A model generated the notes under the pieces. That model was not told the origin of the DNA. It did not search any database and saw only the letters and a program-made list of their open reading frames with translations. The translations under genes were made by a program, and so were the position numbers. DNA of 64,000 nt from Planctomycetota bacterium (GTDB taxonomy: Bacteria; Planctomycetota; UBA8108; SXIK01). The stretch lies in the NCBI GenBank assembly GCA_965223265.1, contig OZ244999.1:6624001-6688000 (forward strand). The letters are read 5' to 3'. Positions 60,078-64,000 of the stretch are shown here, piece by piece (positions within the stretch are counted from its first letter, which is position 1; each line of letters opens with the position of its first letter).

Positions 60078-60259
60078 ACAGCCTGCCTGAGAAAGTGCTC
60101 CGAGCCGAAAGCTGGTCTCGTCGCGTCCAGATCGGCCGCGGCAAACGCAGGCAATCTTCGGGCCCTCTTCTTTCGGCTCTGATGGCGAGTAATGACGCGG
60201 CCCGTCTGGGCGTGAAGACGCCAGTTTCTTCGGCCGAATGATTTCTTCAGGCGGGCTGT
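60078..60259. repeat. MITE-like foldback repeat, copy 3 (182 bp)
   Basis: ACAGCCTGCCTGAGAAAGT ... ATTTCTTCAGGCGGGCTGT; highly similar to 32460-32643. Confidence 0.88.
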
Positions 60260-60412
60260 TGAGCACGCTTCTTCTCAACCTCCGCCCGAAGAGCTTCACA
60301 ACGATCACGGAAGAACGACTCCCAATCAAAAACCGCGCTCGAGTACCACCCGAACGCGGCGAGATTGAACTGAGTCCGAATCGGATCTATTCGCGGAGAC
60401 AGCCGGTCACAT

Positions 60413-61095
60413 TCAATTCTTGGGAGTTTCGACGAGATCGACGTCCAGCACGATGTGCTCGACAAGCTCGCCAACTCCATTACTGTCGACACTCACAATC
60501 CAGACGTTGTTGAAGCCACTCACCCTACCTCTGGGGCTCCGCGGGAAGGTGTCAGGATCGCTCGTGTCGATGCCGAAGCTCTCCATAATCGGATAGATCG
60601 TCGGGCTGTGAGCGGCGACGAGCGCGACACTTCCGGTGGGAAGTAGCCCAAGGAACTTGATCATTGGGTCCCTGGACGACGACGACCCTTCAAATCCGCT
60701 GGCGCACTCGTCCACAAACGGCGGAACTTGCTGCACCCCGTCCTTGGGGTTTTGATCGACATCCCCGGCCAAGCCAGCGTCGGACGCGATCATCTGTATA
60801 GTTTGACGCGTGCGGATCTTGTGACTCGCGATGACGTTGGTGAGGGTGTCGGTGATTCCCTGGTCCTGGAACCACTTCGCAAGCAGCTCCGCTCGCCGCT
60901 CGCCGAGTGGATTGAGAACCTCGCTGCAGCACTCGTCGACCTCGCGCCCATCGACAAACGGCTTGCAGGATCGACGAAAAACCGGAGACAGTTCATTCGA
61001 CTGAACGAGTTCAATTTGATCCTCGGCGTGTCGAACGAAATAGAGAATCGTTTCGGCTTCTTGGGCAGGGTGACCGTCTCGTATTTCGAATTTGC
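60413..61095 (-). pseudogene. C-terminal part of a secreted histidine-phosphatase-family protein interrupted by an IS
   Basis: YFVRHAE, LNPLGERRA, RTRQT, LVAAHS motifs; native start separated by the IS. Confidence 0.7.
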
Positions 61096-62684
61096 GGCAC
61101 ATCTCACGCTGCTTGCGGTCGGTGTTGACGCTGGCCATCGACTCGGATCTCGGCTTTGTAGGAACGAGCGAGAACGTCCCAGGCATTGTCCCACCGAGTG
61201 CTTTGGAGAAGACTTCGAAGCGTCAGAATCGCCTGTCCGCCGCGTAGCGTCCAACGCATGCCGGACTGCTTGAGCCGCTCGCTCACGAGGGTCTTGCACG
61301 CGGCCTCTACCACGCCGCTTCCGATCGGCAAGCACGCTTCCTTGTAGGCGTGGTATTCCATTCCATTTCGCATCGAACGGAAATATTTCAGTGCGGCTGT
61401 CAACGTCTTACGAGCTTTGCCGTCAGCCTTGTCCCGTCGATACCGCACAGCACGGATGATTTTGTCGGCCCCCTGGGGATCCTCCTTCAGTGTGGTTCTC
61501 CACGACTGGAAGAATGCCCGGGCTTCCGGAGTTTCAGTCCCGTAGACCGCATCGGCGGCTTCCTTCAGATGCGCTGCAGCGTGATAGAAGTCGAGGATTT
61601 CGACTCCGCAACCGTCTCCAAGTTCCTGCAAGAACTCCCAATTGTCCGGAGCACCGTCGGCGATCTTCACCACGGTAAGGTCGGGACGTTGCTCCATCGC
61701 CCAGGTGAACTCCGCCTCCAACTGCGCCTTCAGAGTTCGCTTCTTGCTCTCTGGCATCCTCGCGAAGCGAACCGTCGAGATTCGCTTGCCGTCCTTGTCC
61801 AGGTACGTCACCGTCCCGCAGCTTGCCTCGCGATAACCGTTCTTGTTGTTCGGATCATGCTGCACCTCCTCCTTCTTCAGTGGCACGTGTACGCCGTCGA
61901 GGGAAACGGCGATGACGGAAGCTTCGGTCGGCACGCGGTCCTGGCTGCGAAGGGTTTCCTCCCAATCCAATCGGTGCGCCTCCCAATCCTCCGAGAGAAG
62001 TTTTGGTAGTCGATCCAAACTGCTGCTCGACGGAGCCATGCCACCAAATTCAGCAATGATGCTCGCGGCGTCACTCGGAGGAATTTCGGCCACCATGGTC
62101 GCCATGATCCGTGCCGCTCGCGGGGTCCACGCCCCCTCGACAATGCCGCTTCGCAATTCCAGGGGGCAGACCGAAGGGCCTCCGCCGATGGGTTGGTAGA
62201 CGTTCCTTTCGACCTTCATCGATCCAGACTGCCCAACGTACGTCTGCTCGGCGCGAAACGCTTTGCGGTGGCGGACGCCGTCCACCCGGATGTACTTGGC
62301 CTCCACGTCGTGTCGAACGAGATCCTCGGCGAGCAACTCCGTCTCACACACGGACATCAGACGGTGAACTTCCCGCTCGTGCTCCTCGAAGTCCCCACAC
62401 TCGCCGATCGGTTGCGACCGGTGCTCGCGAAGATAGTTCCGCAATGCTTCGAAGGCAGGGGTATCGAGCGCGTCGTCATCGATGTAATCTCTCTTCATCT
62501 TGGGCATCCTTTCGTAGTCGAACACTTTTTTGCGAGCGTCCTTCTACCAAAGGCTCTGCCCATTTCATCGAAAATTCATCGACACGCCCTGCTTCCGCGT
62601 TTCGCACTGCGACCAATTTGTCACGAAGCAGGGCGTTCGTCATCGTAAGTCCTTATGCGATCATCAAATGCGAGATGGCCACCC
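61096..62684 (-). mobile_element. ISKra4/ISLre2-like insertion sequence (ends approximate)
   Basis: Short imperfect IR cores GGCACATCTCAC / GCGAGATGGCC; no TSD found; splits a gene. Confidence 0.65.
61104..62525 (-). CDS. Transposase, ISKra4/ISLre2 (UPF0236)-like
   Basis: VSLDGV, IADGAPDNW, LDFYHA, PIGSGVVEAACK, RLKQSGMRW; start could be the ATG at 62507. Confidence 0.9.
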   Translation of the reverse strand: MFDYERMPKMKRDYIDDDALDTPAFEALRNYLREHRSQPIGECGDFEEHEREVHRLMSVCETELLAEDLVRHDVEAKYIRVDGVRHRKAFRAEQTYVGQSGSMKVERNVYQPIGGGPSVCPLELRSGIVEGAWTPRAARIMATMVAEIPPSDAASIIAEFGGMAPSSSSLDRLPKLLSEDWEAHRLDWEETLRSQDRVPTEASVIAVSLDGVHVPLKKEEVQHDPNNKNGYREASCGTVTYLDKDGKRISTVRFARMPESKKRTLKAQLEAEFTWAMEQRPDLTVVKIADGAPDNWEFLQELGDGCGVEILDFYHAAAHLKEAADAVYGTETPEARAFFQSWRTTLKEDPQGADKIIRAVRYRRDKADGKARKTLTAALKYFRSMRNGMEYHAYKEACLPIGSGVVEAACKTLVSERLKQSGMRWTLRGGQAILTLRSLLQSTRWDNAWDVLARSYKAEIRVDGQRQHRPQAA

Positions 62685-62802
62685 CTTGGGCATATGCCAC
62701 CGCCCCTCGTTCGCTTCCGCTGCTACTGATCCCGAAGCCGGCCGTGTAGATCACTGCGCCGAGGATCGTCGCGATTCCCATGAGAAATACTTTCCCTCGC
62801 AT
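62685..62802 (-). pseudogene. N-terminal signal-peptide fragment of the interrupted phosphatase-like gene
   Basis: GGAGGA RBS, then MRGKVFLMGIATILGAVIYTAGFG...AVAYAQG reading into the IS end. Confidence 0.6.
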
Positions 62803-63106
62803 GATGTCCTCCAATGTGTGTTCAAGAGCCCTAAAAAAGAATGAAAACGCTCTGTGGCTGTCCCCCGCGTGATCGATCGCCCCTCCGCTTTTGGGTCCGT
62901 TAATGACGAAGCCCAATTCGTCTCGAGCCTTCTCGCGGCCTCATACGGTATAGGGTGCGAAAACTCCCGCACTCCCACATCGAATCTACGTGAGTCTTGC
63001 GCCTGGGTGCTCGTTCTGAGCGAAGGGCAGGTAGACAGTATTTTCTCGGGAAAAATTTCGTAGTATTCTGTGTGGCCCCGCACCTGATATTGATAAAGAG
63101 GGGGCT

Positions 63107-63742
63107 ATGCAACAATCAGAGGGCTTCGCAGGGCTGATTGAGAAGGCACGAAGGGGAGACCACAGAGCTTTCGAACGGATTGTTCTGCGATTCAACAAGC
63201 ACGTAACGGCAACTGTTTCGTCCGAATTTGGCCGCACTCTTCGGCGAAGAGTAGAAGTCGACGACCTCGTCCAGGAGACCTTCCTTCAGGCTTTTCGTTC
63301 GATCGAACAGTTTAGAGGCGAATGTGAGGGCACGCTCCAACGCTGGCTCTCTACGATCGCACGACATGTCGTGCAAGGGCAGGGTCGTAAAATGACAGCT
63401 AAGAAAGCAGGCTTTCAGCGGGAGATCGATGTACCGGTTTCGAGCATCGAGGACGTAGACACCACTCCGACGAAGGGACCGCAGCGCGAAGAACGCTTCG
63501 AGCGCCTCAAGGCCGCCATCGGCAGCCTCAGACCATCCCATCGCCAAGTGATCACCCTCGCGCGCCTTAAGGGCCTTCCCATCAAAGAGACGGCCCGGCG
63601 AATGGGACGCTCGGAGAAGGCGACGTCCGTTCTCCTTGTGCGGGCGATGCTGAAGCTAAGGAAAGCCTTCGGCGACACCGAAAGTTTGCACTTGCCACGA
63701 CGTGGACTTACGGAGGATTTCGAAAGTGACCGAGGGCAGTAA
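63107..63742 (+). CDS. ECF sigma-70 factor
   Basis: ARRGDHRAF, DDLVQETFLQAF, WLSTIARH, region 4 HTH (IKETARRMGRS). Confidence 0.92.
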   Translation: MQQSEGFAGLIEKARRGDHRAFERIVLRFNKHVTATVSSEFGRTLRRRVEVDDLVQETFLQAFRSIEQFRGECEGTLQRWLSTIARHVVQGQGRKMTAKKAGFQREIDVPVSSIEDVDTTPTKGPQREERFERLKAAIGSLRPSHRQVITLARLKGLPIKETARRMGRSEKATSVLLVRAMLKLRKAFGDTESLHLPRRGLTEDFESDRGQ

Positions 63743-64000
63743 GAACAGCGACGATCTCGATTCAGCTGATGGCCACCGGGATGATCGCCGGTTCGAGCGA
63801 GTGGGAGAGATCGTTTCCGATTGCTCAGACCGCGTAAACGCCGGCGAAGAGGTCGACTTCGACAGAATCATCGCGGCGCATCCGGATTTGTCGCCAAACC
63901 TGGGCAAGGCCCTGCAAACTCTGCGTGCGCTCGACCAAGAGCGCCACCCGATCAGCAGCGACGGCTTTGCTCCGGGGAGGGTTCTGGGCGACTACAAGAT
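63726..64000 (+). CDS. Probable Ser/Thr protein kinase, N-terminal part (runs off the window)
   Basis: GTG-start frame MTEGSKNSDD...AGEEVDFDRIIAAHPDL...GRVLGDYK, the usual lead-in to the kinase domain; follows an ECF sigma gene. Confidence 0.7.
   Translation, partial: MTEGSKNSDDLDSADGHRDDRRFERVGEIVSDCSDRVNAGEEVDFDRIIAAHPDLSPNLGKALQTLRALDQERHPISSDGFAPGRVLGDYK

Noticed and set aside
1-64000. CRISPR array, cas genes or guide array linked to the five-gene transposon
   Set aside because: No regularly spaced repeat-spacer structure or Cas motifs seen anywhere in the window

Overview
GC-rich bacterial window, most likely Planctomycetota (inferred from a DUF1501 + DUF1549/DUF1553 cytochrome c pair, dockerin-like C-terminal domains and an ECF sigma factor/Ser-Thr kinase pair). 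In order it holds: a large secreted FG-GAP repeat protein running off the left edge; a two-gene NRPS (oxalyl-CoA-ligase-like A-T plus C-A-T-TE); a methyltransferase-bshC-bshB1-bshA-priA run; selA; a complete 1952-bp IS with a small Cys/His ORF and 9-bp TSD; pfkA; a DtxR/MntR-family regulator divergent from a porin + di-heme protein operon, with three palindromic boxes between them; tRNA-Sec (selC) with a 5.5-kb integrase-less island carrying a decayed IetAS-like AAA/S8 module; an SF1 helicase; an NsrR-like regulator with a heme c protein; a complete 4065-bp five-gene TG..CA transposon with 6-bp TSD; an ISKra4/ISLre2-like IS splitting a secreted histidine-phosphatase gene; and three copies of a 162-184 bp foldback MITE-like repeat. 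No CRISPR array or rRNA was seen. All product calls come from motif recognition by eye, not database searches.
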